Of a stretch of DNA of 64,000 nucleotides, positions 11,401 to 25,529 are shown piece after piece. The stretch is taken from positions 1 to 64,000 of the forward strand of contig NIVC01000048.1 in assembly GCA_002269645.1 (NCBI GenBank), in the 5' to 3' direction. Made by a program: the position numbers and the translations under genes. The stretch's first letter is position 1, and each line of letters opens with the position of its first letter. The notes under the pieces were generated by a model. It was given only the letters and a program-made list of their open reading frames with translations. It was not told where the DNA came from and did no database searches. The DNA is from Macrostomum lignano (Eukaryota).

Positions 11401-13943
11401 ACAGAGGCTATATTATTCATATCGAAGTCGGCAGGATGTGTCGAGACAAGGATATTCTGAGCCACGATCAAAGCTGAGTGCTAGGCTGAGGCTCACTGCC
11501 AGCCGGATGAGTCACCTTGCTCTGTGGACTCTTGCTTCTTGAATGCTTTGCTGACAGAGTACAGTAGCTATATAGCCTCGCTACAGCTCACCAGGTTTTG
11601 GCAGCTGAAGGTAAGGTTCCAATTAAGGTCTCGCTGTAACTGCAGGCTCGCAAGTGAAGTGAAAGTCGATCGTGAAGGATTCCACGTCCCATTTCCTGCT
11701 TTGGGCGTTCCGTTTCGTTTCAACAGGAGACATTTAGGAACAAAAACAGAACATCGGTCAGAAACTCTATAGGAAAGAAGTGGCTGAAGCAGGCTTTTTA
11801 CTGCCAGTAAAGTTACGCAGAGAATGGTACTCAAATCTGGAACAACCTCCAGCTCCAGCTGCTTTGAGACGAACCCAGCGTCGTTCCAAGCATTGCAAGA
11901 AACATTGAAGAGTGATCTCTGTACATGATCTCTGTAAAGTCAAATGAAATAGATGAAGCAATGAAGCAAAGCTGTGCATGTGACCTGCTGTGCTCCAGTT
12001 CCAAACAGACTGAACCAACTCTTTCGAATGTGACATCCGTATGAATTACAGAGCCAGATGACCAAAAAAGCAGAAGTTGAACTGTTGAGTTAAAATCTAG
12101 AATCCGTAGTATCAAAGATGGGCAGGAAATGTTGGTTACTGAAGAGTCGCGGCAAGAAATTCGTCTGCTCGAGAATAGCATTGAGTATTGTTTGCTGGTA
12201 CTCGGTGCAAGAAGCACCTGACCAGTTACCAGTTCGGAGTACAGCAGACTCAGTATTGGACATTACAGTCTTTGACACGTTGACCAAGTCACAGTCGCGT
12301 TTTGGGTGAGTCTCTGTCGCTGCTCAGCCCCGTCACAAGCTGCAGTAATCAATGACGGCCCACGGAGGGCTGTGTAGCTCGTACTCATTTGCTAAAATAA
12401 CTGAAACGCAAAGTTCGTGCGATTTGCCCCAGCTCTACTGGAACTCCAAACTGCTTGGTGGTTTAGAGGTTGACTACAAGCAAAGCCAATTATTATGAGA
12501 GACAACTTCCTATAGCCAAGAAGACTTAGGGAACTGTCCATGCTCACATCCACATAAGACGTACAGTCAGAGAAAATTGGAGTACATTGAAGTTATTTTA
12601 AGGACAAAGCCATTGTACGAGCTAGCTCGAGCCAAACGTTACTCCCATCACAGTGGTGTCTGCTGCAAAACAGTCCGAATTTTGAGATGAACATTTGCTC
12701 TTTGATAGCACTGACTTGAGCGTATAGTTTGGGCCGGTATCCTGTACCTAAGTGCAGATATTGTGAGGATTATTGTGAGCTGCTGGAGCAGCTATCAGCA
12801 GCTCCAGTCGTTCCAGATTCGGATATTTTCGGAATCGCTCGCTAACCACTATTCGCTGCCAGCAGCGATTGCTGCGTCCGCTCTGTCGCTAAAGCGCCAT
12901 TCAGCGCCGAAAAATTCAGAGCCATTGAAGTCGCCTCCGTTACAGTCAGAAGCGCTTAACATGAAGCTATCAAATTTCTGACCCACTCTGAAGCTCAATC
13001 ATTTGTGAACCGTTCTTAAGCCAAGCGTCGATTCTGAGATGCCATTGATACGTGATACGAGTACATCAGAGACACAAGCGAAGTAGCGCTGAGTCCAGTC
13101 TTGACTTTGCTTGCTTTTCTGCTCCAGAAGCCGTCAGAGTATCTCAAAATTTATTGGTTGATTTGAAAGTCTGTGTCGAAATTCTCATACCCGACAGGCC
13201 AGTTCCCAAAGTAGCGAATTCTGAGGCTGGTTTTGTTGACGCAATTGAACGCCCACAGATCCAGGGCGCAACCTTAAAGGCCGCATGAGGTTGTGAAAAT
13301 GCTCTGTCGTGACGAGTGACAATGGTTCGAGAAAACTTTAGCTCGTAAGACTGAGCCTGAGCATCTAGCTAAAATTGTAGATAAGCCTGGGCGAGTGAAA
13401 TGCTAAGAAATGAACCATATACTCGCCATACACTGGAACGCAATACGAGTAAACATGGCAAGCTGTTAAGACCTCCGCTTTCCACTTTGAAATTTCCTGT
13501 AAATTTCCTGTCTTCGATGTTTACTGTTAGCTCCGTGAAATCAGCCAAGCTGTCTTTTACGCTGTCCAGAGGCATCAATATTTCGAATATCAAAGGTCCA
13601 AAACGGGCATAGTAACTGTTCTGGCGTTATGCTGCAGCGATAAAAAAGTTGCAACTATTCAGTTTATTTTTCTTTTATCTATTCTTTTGATTTGCACACT
13701 TAAGCCTCTGGTACGGACACTGGCATCAATATATCGCTCCTCATATGAAATAATGAGCATAAAGCATAAATACTGCACTGGAGGGGCGCATTTGGCCATA
13801 GAAACTTGAACTGAGTACGAGTAAGCACGCAAGGCATGTCCATGTCCACTTTCGGTGCAAACCCGCCACCAAGCTACCAGTGCAAAAATGATTTGACGTC
13901 AAGGGCAAGCTGTTTGTCAAGGGCACACTGGCATCAATATATC

Positions 13944-14400
13944 CAGATCTTTTCTCCCTTAAAACGAAGTTACCGCCGTTGTCCGAAAAGACCTCTCTCG
14001 GTACTCTTTGCCTATTCTTCAGGCGATAGAAATCGTTTAAGAATGCGTTCGCATCCAGACTGTAAGCCGTTTCCAGGTGAACCGCCCGAGTCTCCAGACA
14101 GGTAAAGAGGGCTAAGTATCTTTTTGGCGTTTCCTTCCTCGTTCTTGTACAGTCACAAATGAGCCTCCAAAATTCACAGTCGTATAACTGAATGCTCTTA
14201 AAGATCCTTTCAACCGAATCGCTGGTAACCGTGCCATTTGCTGAAACTCTGGTCGAGCCACTGTCGCTGACACAATGCGCATATTCCCGCCCTTCCACTC
14301 TAAAATCGCTTCCCTCCCACCGATCAACAAAAACTTCTCAGACATCGCCTTTAAGACCTGGTTGGTGCTGTTGATAATGTTTTACAAGTATCTTGGTGAC
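13944..14400 (-). mobile_element. BEL/Pao retrotransposon integrase fragment
   Basis: [32 protein letters not shown]...FL and [10 protein letters not shown] are BEL/Pao integrase motifs. Confidence 0.85.
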
Positions 14401-16293
14401 CCTGGTGACCCTCCTTTGAGGCTCGCGCTAGGTATGGCGAGTATGGTATGGTATGAGATTTTTAGCTTCTTCTTTGGCGTAACATGATTTTCAATTGCCG
14501 TCTTCAATTCTTCGAATAGCTTGCTATGGGGCTTATCAGGTGCCATTAGATAAACATGGCATCAAGCTCTTATAAAAATCAACTAAGAGCAGAGCCAGTA
14601 TTATGGCTTTCTCAGCCATAAAATAGAAATAAAACATTCGCATTAAAATTCATCAGCTTGTTAACATAAGAGTTCCGATCTAGTCAGCTCGTCAGTCTAC
14701 TTTGAGCGGGTTGAGTTGCTCTGGCGATCGCTAAGATGAACTCTGAACTGCTCAGCCACTATTGATATTTTAATATATATTGATATTTTAAATAAGATTT
14801 AACTCCACCTTACCGAGCCCACTATACAAACGCTGGTTTAATGACAGCTGTCACTTGGCAGAAAGAGTCCAGCTTCGCTGGGCCAAGCCACATCCGAGCA
14901 GAGAGCTTTCGCGAATCGCCTTGAAAGCGGCTTGGCGGAGTCGGAGTGAACCAGGATGCAGCAAACTCTGAAGTATGCGTAGTTCTCTGGGCACTCTGCA
15001 AGTGTGCGCTTGTGTAGTGGCGAATACGCTTAAGATGCGCTTAGTTTGTGTTTAGCTCGCATACCTTCCGCTTGACAGCCATGCAGCTTTGCGCAGCTTT
15101 ACGATGTCGCAAGCAGCCTCTGAAGCCGCAATCAAAGCTTTTTGCTGCCGGAGGCTGTAGTTGAGCCACAGGTTTTGTCCCTCCGTTGCTAATGCTGAAG
15201 TCCTGCAGTTTAATGAAAAAGATACCTAATCTCAGTTTATATTTTTGAGTTCTAAAGGGTACTTTCTGGACTTAAATCAACGGTTAGTCTGTGGTGACCG
15301 AAGTGTGAAGCAGTGAAGCAGTATAAAAAGGAAAAGCCGGAGCGGCATATGCTATAGCGTTAACATGTTGTACTTGTGTTTCAAACGATTACTTACGAAT
15401 ATTTCAAATAATGACACTTGATGGCCGGTCACAAAACGAAGCGGTTGGGGGCCCGCCGCCGGCGATTGGTTCGATGTGGCGATGCGCCTGAAGGCTCAGC
15501 AGGGGCCACTGGGTCTTCCTGTTGTGCTTTCGGGCTGCGTTTTTTGGGTCCGCAACAGTGGCATTCCCAGAGCTACCAGCGGCATCATCCTCCGGCTGGT
15601 TTGGTACTGGCGAGACGTAGGGAATCTTCAGCCTTGGTGCATGACGTACTCTACACGTTTAGGCAGCTCATTGTTGGTTAGCTGATACAGCACGCTTTGT
15701 CCTTGTTGGAACTGCGAGACCACAGAGACTCAATTGGCCGTCCGAAAACCAACTTGGCCAGACTCTTTCCCCGAGTGTGCCACGAAACTCGGTGGTGCAG
15801 CAGAAATCTCGGCAAAAACGGGGTGAACTCCTGTGTGAGTTATGCGATCATCCCAGGCTCGCAGCCACGCTTGACAGTTTGCACGGCCCGTTCGGCAGCT
15901 TCATTAGCCTGGGGGTAGTACGTTGGCAATTCGAGTTTGCAAATCCCGTTTGCCTGCAGCCAGAGACGCACTTGGTCGCCTATGAAGTCTGAAGCGTTGT
16001 CAGAGATCAGTAGTTCAGGGATTCCGAAATTAGTGGATACAGTTCGAAGCGATGAAATTAAAGAGTTTGAGGAGCGGTCTTAGCATGGAAACGATTCAAT
16101 CCATCCAGAGAAAGTATCGACGATCAATAATATTTTTCCGCGCGTTGTACAAAGGCCCAATCCATATAGCTCGTACAGTTTTGGAAAGCATACTCGGCAG
16201 ATGGCCATGCGTTTCGTTCTTGTGATGATCTTGGTCGCAATTGATTACAGGTCGAGCAGTCACGGACGTAACGTTCCGGGCCACCAGCAGGAC

Positions 16294-17606
16294 AGGGCTG
16301 GGCAGTCGTGAGAATGTATTTAAAAAACCAGTCAGAACTATCAGAAAACACGATAACTGTACTAGTTGGTAATGTAATCTCCCCTTGCGTTAATTACAGC
16401 TTGGCAATGGTCAACGAGTCGCTGAACCTCTCTTTTCAAGCAATCTTTGTCAAGGCCTCTTGCCCATTGCAACGCAGATTCTCGAACTTTATTGTGGTCG
16501 CTGAACACTCGCCTGGAGAAATCAGTCTTCATCCAACTGAACAAAAAACGGTCGCACAAATTGAAGTCTGGGCTGTAGGGACTCTGAAACACCAGCTGAA
16601 CTCCACGGGACTCCATGTACTGCTGCACAGAACGAGCCACGTGAGGTCGCACATTGTCCCACTGCCAAAGAATATCCGAGAGTACGCCATAGGTCTCTGG
16701 TGTGCCGAATGAACTCAACTATGCCATTTGCATCAACAGTTTGCTTTGGGGCTGTGGATTCAATGGAGAAGCGCTTGTTTGGAGTAAAAGCAACCAGAAG
16801 CATTGTCTTTGCATTGCCGACTGAGTGCTTGACAACCTGGAGCCGATTATCCGGCCAAGCCAGCACCTGTTGTTTTGCTTTGTGCCAGTGTTGTTCAGGT
16901 ACACCCACGTCTCATCCTCCACCGCGTACTTGTCGCAAAAGTTTTCCATGCCCTCGTTGTAAAAAAGCCTGCGAATTTGCGTGGCACAATTGTTGCGAGC
17001 AGTCTTGTTCTCCTCGGATAGAGCATGCGGAACCCAGACAGCAGAAACGTTTCGAAGGTGCAAATCCTCAGTCAAAATTTCGTGCACTGTTGTTTTTCCA
17101 ACTTCCAAAAAGGCAGGGAGGTCTCGGACACTAACTTTTGGATCCTCTTCAATAAGAGCTCGGCAGGTTTCGATCAGTTCCGCTGTCCTTGCTGACCGTG
17201 GCCGGCCAGTCCGAGGAGTTGAGACCGGGGGAAATGCTTCGTCACGGAACTTCGAATACCATCCGTAAACCGTTGACTGACCTGGTGCAGCATCTCCATA
17301 AACTTCGAGCAGCTCGTCATGACAGCTGAGAGCGGAGATTCCAAGACGGTATCTAGCATAGGCATAACCCTGGAAGTCTTCCATTTTGAAGAACTCGCTG
17401 TCAAAATTTTCAAGCTTGATCACCGCGTTGCATTTGCTATTGAGCACTTTATACTGAGCTCGCCCCTGCCCCGAATTTTGCTACTAGAATAACAAGAATT
17501 TTCACCATAGACATCTATGAGTCTATTATTGAAAATTTCTGTGTGCCACGTAAACAGCTTGCTGCTTTCTTGCTTAATTGACACATTCTCACGACTTTCC
17601 GGACAG
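16294..17606 (-). mobile_element. Mariner (DD34D) DNA transposon, decayed
   Basis: Inverted 14-bp TIR core AGTCGTGAGAATGT at 16304-16317 and 17583-17596; TA follows the right end (17607-17608); outer part of the left TIR is degenerate. Confidence 0.9.
16362..17384 (-). pseudogene. Mariner transposase (frameshifted)
   Basis: WVPHAL, EDETW, WDNVRPH and YSPDFNLCD with 34 residues between the last two Asp. Confidence 0.92.
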
Positions 17607-19182
17607 TAGGCTAAGATGTAAGGTGGTGTGTACAGTGCGGAATGCCTTATCTTTCAGGCGAGAGTGAATAAAGATGCGACGTCCATGTACAAGCAGACTG
17701 CCTTCAATGGTAAGGCTGTCGGAAACCTGATCGAAGGGTCTTTCCGCCTGAGAGCAGCCCGTCCACTTTCCAGTTTTAACACAATAAAGCGTAAAGCGTA
17801 GACGAGAAAGCTTCCGCGCGAGGTATTTTGGATCCTGGTGTGTATTTAATATCGTAGTCAGAGTGCATAATCACAAGTGCCCATCTAGATATGCGAACAG
17901 ATGTGTTGGTGGGCACGCCACGCGACTGGCCAAACAAACGAATTAGAGATTGATGATCTGTTGTTATGGTGAATTTTCGCCTATGAGATAATGTGTGAGG
18001 CGATTGACAGCCCAGAATATGGCCAGTGCTTCCCGTTCGATGCCTGAATAATTATTTTCTGTGCTTGATTAGCAACGAAATATGAATATCACCGGGTGAC
18101 CGTCTTGTGTGACGACACCGGCAAGTGCACTTTGGGAGGCATAGGTTGTGAGTGATAACTCCTTTTCCAGTTGAATATGGTTGGACCACGGGTTCAAAGG
18201 AGACTTTCTGTTTTAGCGCTACAAACGCTCTATCGCACTCGGCTGACCAAACGAATGTGGAGTCATTACGTCGGAGGTTATGCAAGCACTTCATTTTACT
18301 AGCAAAGTGTGAAATCAGCCGGCTGAAGAAATCAGCTAGATGGAGAAACTGCTTCAGTTCCTTGCGGTTTTAAGGCGCAGCTATCCTCGGCAGCATTGAA
18401 AAGTCGCCATGCCTAAAGATTCCCTCTGTGGTCGTCACTTTTGAGAGTGCGGGTAAATTCACTCAATCTTGCAAATGACGAAACTTATCTACGCCACGCG
18501 GCAGACTTGGGCTGAGGAATCAAGTGGGGGAGCGGTGTGTGAGGGTTGGACAGAATAAAGCTAGCCTTCAAGCAGTTTTCACGCAGAAATTGCTCACTGG
18601 CGCATAGATTCAATGTTGCTGAGTACTCGTTAATGTCGAGTTTGTCTTCCGGTGGAATTCCAGAAGCAGAGACTCGAAAACCCAGAAAAGATATTTCGCC
18701 ACACTCCGCAGTGCGTTTATCATTATTGATAGTGACATTCTTTTCTCGCAGTCTGGTCTTTACGGCCTGTAGAACTTTTCTGAGTGAGGATGAGCTATCG
18801 TCAGTTATCCTGTAAAAACGAGTACGACCTTAGGGTGTTTTCCATGGCTCGTTGAAAAATAAAGGATGAATTCTTCATGTCCATTTGGACGCGGTTGACT
18901 CAAAATAAGCCATTTGACGTGTTGAGGGTTGACAGGTTCTGAGCATTCTCGTCGAGTTCGATTTGCCAGTAAGCGGATCGCAAATCGATAAAGGCAAATT
19001 TCTTTGCATTTTTCAGCTTTGTAAATAGACACTCAATATTTGGGATCGGGTGCGCGTCGGATATTATTTGGGCATTGACGTGGACGTTGTAGTCAGTGCA
19101 CATTCTGAGCGAACCATCCTTTTTTATTTGCCAAAACAGGCGATGCAGTTGTGATTCAAATTGTGTTGCAGTTGTGTGCACT

Positions 19183-20514
19183 TGTAAACAGACGGTCAAG
19201 CCAGAAAATACTGGGTTTAAGAACCCCCGGCACGCGGCGGAAGGGGGGGGGGCGGAGGAGAGGTGGGCGAAGGGGATGGGGTGGGGTTAACACACTTTAC
19301 ACTGAGGCCCACGGAGCAGGCCTAGTGTAAAGTAGACATGAATGCGATACGACTAATAGATTAGGCCCTAGACAAACCTATATTGAAGTATGTAAAGATT
19401 TTAGAGCTATTGGCCCTATTTGCCTATCGCCGGTCGGCGAGTCCTACCAGACTTTCTCCAATAGTCGCAGGTACGGTACAAGTAAATAACGAACGCGATT
19501 GAAAGCGGTTCCTGGCAGATTTAGAGAGTGATACTCCTAATTGATAGTGACCGATAAGACTTGACGCTTTAATTAGTTGATTCAAATTAGACAATCCTTA
19601 ATAACGCAACTCGCAACGCAATTAATATTTGAGAACTTATATAACGATATAATTAGCTAAGGCAGATTGGTGAGCGGATCTCAGCTCGGAAGAAGAGAGA
19701 ACCGACACAGGACCACGGAGAAAGATCCCTAACCACTCGCCTAGTTCCCAGAACCTACTCTCAGGCGAGGACCCTGACGGATTGACAGTTCAGCGGAGCT
19801 CTGGCTAAGTCCTACCAGCTCTGCCCTTCAGTGCAACACTGAGGCCCTCGGGGTCGAGGCCACGTACTATGTCAAAACCATCAGTTCCTATCTAACCGCG
19901 CTTGCCAACGACGCTCTCTGGACAAGGTTATCGCGAGCGTTACGCCAGCAAGGCTATTGCGGTTGGGCGGGGGAACAAAGCAAAGACCGGGGGTCGATTC
20001 AAATCGAGCGCCTCAAAGCGCGACAAAGGTAGAACGGCCGGGAACAGGACAAATCCAAGGCCGGAAAACAGAGGAAAAACGAGAAGAGAAACGAGAATGA
20101 GATCCGACCGCCAAAAACACACTTTCATATATAGTCACTTCCAAACCCTTCAAACCCCTCCTCAAGCCGGGTGGTGAGTGCCTGGCCGGCCGCTCGTTAA
20201 GCCGACTCGCATTGGACCCGGGGCGCTCTCTCAGGCCGGGTAGACTTGTTTTGCCGCGTGCCAGGGGTCCAGGCCGATCGTGATTGGCTGGCCGCGCAAA
20301 GCCGGGGTACACTGGAACTGTCGACACTCCGCTGAGTCACTCTTGGCTGGAAATTTGCGTCTAGCTTTCTGACCTGTTTACACTAAAATAATTCCTAACT
20401 AACAAAAAGTACATTGAAAACGCGTGACTAAAAGAAGCAAAATAATTATCAACAACAATACAATCAACTAGCTAATAGAACTCAGAAATTAACACAAGAC
20501 GCTCACACTACACA
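19183..20514. mobile_element. Probable solo LTR (1332 bp) inserted in gypsy RT
   Basis: TGT...ACA ends, flanks GCACT/GTACT (4 of 5 TSD match); removing it rejoins GVIEPVS with the TASPV region of RT; no coding similarity recognised inside. Confidence 0.55.
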
Positions 20515-22699
20515 GTACTCACAGGTTCGATGACGCCTAGAGCTTGCAATCTTTCCGGCTCGGAATTTACTGCAGCCTCCTATAAATGGGAACTATGCGG
20601 GCCCGGCAGAATCTGAGCTGAGCGCCATAATTGCATCGTTGGCTTCACACTTTTGTTTGTAGGTAGACGTGCCGGTATTGGCACTGCTGACACGCTGCAA
20701 AGGCGCTGAACACTTGGTCAGCATGAATAACGTCCCGTCAGAGTAAGCCAAAAGGCTTTGAGGCATGAACCACAGTCAGATTCATGGGGTGCAACCGCCC
20801 GCGATATTCGATAGCGGTTGACAACTGTCTCAGTACTCGCATCTCATGCCCGTCATAGGCTTGCAGACGGCGCTGGCAGCGAAGTACGCTGATTGCCGCG
20901 CCCGTGTCCAGTTGCATTGGAATCGATATTTCATTAATGATTATTTGCTCTTTGGCTTGTTCCATGGAATGGTTCGAGTCGGTGGGTTCAATGTGAAGAA
21001 TTTCGCCGCTAGACTACTCCTGTGTAAGTACAGTGAGGTTCTCAACCTGAAATTCATGGATAGCCAAAGATGACTGGCAGATGGCGGCAAATGATTCGGC
21101 TTGGAGCATTCAGCACAAGTTTTTTTTTCCATATTTTCCTGAAGCCTGCTGACGTCCACATTATCGACATGCGCGGTCTTCTGGTGCGTGCGGTTGCTTC
21201 ACGATGATCGTTATGATGCATTTCTCGAGGCTCTTCTCCAACTGAATTTTGATACGCGTATTGAGCAGAGTTTATGCTTGATCTGGTTAATACGAACTCA
21301 TTGACCTGGTCAACAAGATCGAGTATTTTGGTAATTGAGAGATCTTTGAGTTTCATGGACTCGAGTACACGCTGCTGGGTCTGAGCGCGGCTCATTCCCG
21401 CGATGAGAGCTTAAACGAAGCATTTCCTCCTCTGGACTCTTGGCATTCTCCAGTGCATCGAAATCACAGTTGAGCCACAGGTTTGGTATCTCCGTCCTGA
21501 TGCTTAAATTCTGCAGTTTAATAAAGAAGATACCTAATCTCAGTTTATATTAATGGGTACTATAATAACTTTCTTGACTTATATCAACAGTTAAAGTCCT
21601 CGGTATGAATTGAAGGCAGATGACTCTAGCAAGTACGAGTACAGAGAAGAGCCTAGGAGCAAGAGTACTCCCCTACCATTTATTTGTGTGATAGCCGACT
21701 ACAAAAATAGTCGACATGCAATTTCAAAGTATATATTGATTTGTGAGACCTTGGTAAGATCCCAGCCCTTTGACCAAAGCCCGCCCCACGAAGCAGAATA
21801 AAATCTTGGAATTCGAGCAGTTCTCAGCTTCAACCGCCATGTTAGTCAGATGAAAATGCTTCTTGAATTCAATGGTCTATCGACTTGACTGCAAAGTTTA
21901 CACACTTTGATCGTCACTAGGGATCTCTGGGCATTCAGTAAGTTCAGGTTCGGGATATCGTGGTTCTTTTTTCAAACTATTACCAATGGGAAAGCCATTG
22001 CCATATCGATCTGCATCAATGGCAAGAACTCGAGAACACTGGACACACTTGATGGCTTTATCGGTTGCTAGGTAGCCGGTGAGTTCAAGCTTTTCTGCCA
22101 GGCGGCCTCGGTTCTCGACTCCGTGAAGCCGGAACTGACGGCATTGGTTAGCTAAGATGTCATTGGTTGGCAACCTATGATAATTTAGCTAAATCTCTAA
22201 TCACCTCCTCTGGCGTCAAGGCCAGCGATTTTGTGCAGCAGCTGCCAGTCAACCATTAAATGATACAGGTTGCTTAAAGGCGTAATGCTGGTCGCAATGC
22301 AAAGCTGATTTGACATTCACTCTGAATTCTTGCAGCCAGCTGCTGTCCGTTAAACTAGGTCGGACGACAAATTGCTACGTTGTGCGACATAAAAATCCCT
22401 TTTAAGATTAATTTGTCATTTTCAAGAGAGCTATCTTCAATACAAGTTGGAGTGCATGTTTATGCATTGTTTATGTCCAGAATGCAGTTTCCTGAACATA
22501 TAAGCTTCAGTAATACTCGTAAATTCTATGCCCCAGTTATGCTTAAGAAATTGTTTAGACATCATTTATCTGATATGATAGCACCATCTTCAATGATGGC
22601 AAACTCCAGTATGAAGTGTGAGGCATGAAATGGATACGAGCACATATTATACGAGTACATATTATTATGCTGGAGTTGATGAGTCCCAGAATTTCTCTT

Positions 22700-23160
22700 A
22701 CAAGCGGTTGCCAGCATACTAAAATAGAGAAACCACTGTCTTCGCGCTCTTGTCTGCCACGGGCACGGCTTCCGTCTAGCCAGAGAAAGCATCAACCATC
22801 ACCAGGATCAGGCGACTCCTGACACATGAGTATGGTCTATGTGCATCCGCCTTCAAGGCGTCACCTCAGTAGGCCAAGTGTGCATTGTGCGAGTAGGCAG
22901 TGGTAGAATTCTCTTACATGTTGCGCACTGCTTCACAAACCGTTCAACACCCTCGCAGTGACCCTGAGCTGCTGTAGAATTTTACTACGGACAACCGCAG
23001 GCGGAACCAGCAGGTCTCCGCAGCATATGACGCCGTTTTCAATCGTCAACTGATGACGGACAAGCTTGAATGGGCGCTCCACAGCCGAGCAGTTGGACCA
23101 GACGTTTTTCTGGATCCGGCACTTGATGCTCTTGAGCACTTGATCGATGTCTGTGCCCTC
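22700..23160 (-). mobile_element. Gypsy integrase fragment (separate copy)
   Basis: PFKLVRHQLTIENGVI..LVPPAVVRSKILQQL, CATC, MHIDH, MVDAFSG. Confidence 0.75.
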
Positions 23161-23459
23161 AGTCAGCGGATCTCAGTCAGCCTCAACAGACGGACAGAAT
23201 GGCTGAGGACGGCATGAGGTCTATTGCAGCTGTTCGAACGTACAAAATACTCGTAGATCCCACACTCAGAACGCTGCCGCCAGTCCGGTCCAGTCTGTCG
23301 TCAAGGAGAAAATCCATCTTTGCTGACTTGCGGTGGCATCAACTTGTTCGTAAGCAATGTTGTCATCGCTGATGGCTGTGTGCGACAGGAGCGCTACTTT
23401 TTTCACTCCAAGCCCTGTAAATCGCAGCAATCAAAATTTTAGTACGAAACTTTAGTCCG

Positions 23460-24200
23460 AGACAGCGACTTCCTTGGCACCTGGCCAACTTGGCATGCGA
23501 ACATGAGCTTCTCATTATGCTTTGCTCCAATCAGATCGCCATAGTCGATGTCACATCCTACCGCAAATTGAGCTCAATCACCGAATCTCCAATTGCTGGG
23601 GTGAATGCTGGAGCCGTCCAGCCATTCTCAGGCACCTGCTGTGAAGTTGCGCTGCGCACTGACTTGCAGAACTGTTAACGGAGGCCTACATTTACAGCAT
23701 AACTAAGCATAACGAGCAATGGTATTCACCGGATGGATTTCTATTACCATCGATTTCAAAAACTCGTAGAAACGCTTATGACAAAGCTGTTGCATTCCAT
23801 TGAGCTACGATTCCGGCATGCAGTGGAGGCTGAGGTGGAAATTTGAAGTTTTTCTTAATACTTACACTTACACTGCAAACGCAACAGGAATTCAACTCAC
23901 CTCTATGGCCTCCATCAAATCGGAAGTAGTGACTTCGACTTGGTGGACAATGTGAGTAGGAACTCGAGTCGAGACGAACAGGCTTGTCACAGTTACTGGG
24001 TAGAGCATGCAATAGTCTGAAAGCCAAATTGACAGTCATCGCTTCACTCTGCATATTTGCTTCTCAAGAATTTTGCTCTATAAATGGCCTATAATTGAAC
24101 AATTAATTAAACGTTGGCCAACTGTCGATATTTGGGTTTATAAAGTGATTAATAATATCCCTGTTGTCACCTCGATGTAATCCTTTACTAAACCATCCTG
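23460..24200 (-). pseudogene. Further PKD-like fragments of the degenerate host gene
   Basis: NWRFGD and DIDYGD motifs plus GILLITL-type beta strands among stops; weak. Confidence 0.35.
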
Positions 24201-25529
24201 GCGCAGTCCAAAAACTCATGTAACGGTCAAAAGTGTCAAAAAAGTTACTCCTATCACAGCATTCGACATTTTGAGTTGCTGCTGTATGAGTACGAGTGCT
24301 CGTAGCAGCCTGGGATATTTCTCATGCCTTGACTATCGAGTTCTTGAAGTTCCGATGCTGAGTAGCTGATTGTCTTGCTGCTCAACTCAGTTAATACTGG
24401 CGGGCCGAGTAAGTCTGGCGTTATAGTGATACAGAGTGCCAGGTTAGTGACAAGTGAGACCCATTGGCTGACATCAGCAGCTCCTACCTGTCCTGGTATG
24501 ACGAGCAGGCAGCATCAGATCAGCGTACGGGGTATTTTAACTTTAGTGTTTAAATAACTGCAGCATGAGGCTTACATTCAGTAGAATGTTGCTCTGCCCA
24601 AAATGAGCCTCCAGTTACACCCTGTGCGTCAGCGGCTCGGGAAATCGCCTTAGAAACCTCTGCAGTGGCTGGTGATGGTGCGACTTTACTGAATGGTGCA
24701 GTGACAGATTGAAATGTGAAAACAATTCATGATTTTTACTTGTTGGATAAATTTTTCCTCGGAAAGTTTTTTTATACTTTTAACAGTAATATTAAGCGTT
24801 TAAATTCCTGTTATATCGGAGGTATAAATCGATGACTTAATTCAGGTAATTTAAAGCATTGGTTTTCTGTATTTTCATTAAGAAATGCTGATGCTGCCAC
24901 CATACTCGTCAGCACCTGCAAGTTAAGCAGGGTTGGTCGGGTTAGCAAACAGCGTCCAACCCTCATGCAGCCACTGAGAGCGATTCCCGACAGTCGCAGC
25001 ACTGCGCTCTGCTAGCTTCATTCCTTGCCAACTTGTATTGTAGAAATCATGGAGAGCATCGCTACCTACCTTAATTTCCCATCAGCCTGAGACGTTTCCA
25101 GCTGTGCCTATCGACCCAGACATTCTGCAGGAAAGCCGCGAATCTCCCAACTGGTCGACCGCGGCAAAGCAGCTGAGGCGGCGAGTCGGAGCTTGACTCC
25201 GGGTAGCTGAGCGTGACGCATTCCGTCCAGTTCTCTTAAAAGCGTCGTGAATCATGGCTGGATCTTCACAGTCAGATTGTTCGCGCTCCAAAGTTTCATA
25301 AGGATCCGTAATAAAAAATTGTTTCTTAGACAAGGCTAAACACACTAAGAGCTCTGAGACGCTGGGGCGTCGGAACGGCAAATGGGTCGTTATTAACTCT
25401 TGCACAGGTGAAATAGGTCAATGGTGTCTGATTGAACTTTTTTTAACTTTAGGAGAACTAAAGTGCTGGGCTTGGGCTCTAAAAATAAATGAGATTTTGT
25501 TGCTTAAACAGGGCCTTCTCCATGCACAC

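Larger units (their letters stand above)
15860..21460 (-). mobile_element. Degenerate Ty3/gypsy element interrupted by a mariner and a probable solo LTR
   Basis: gag CDFDALENAKSPEEEML (21400-21470), PR MQLDTGAAIS (20738-20965), RT GVIEPVS (20520-20540) then KKDGSLRMCTDY..DLRSAYWQI (18900-19180), RH-linker FVWSAEC (18052-18294), integrase WWPG..CSTC (16100-16290) and FGIPELLISDN..PQAN.AAERAVQTVK (15860-16040). Confidence 0.85.
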
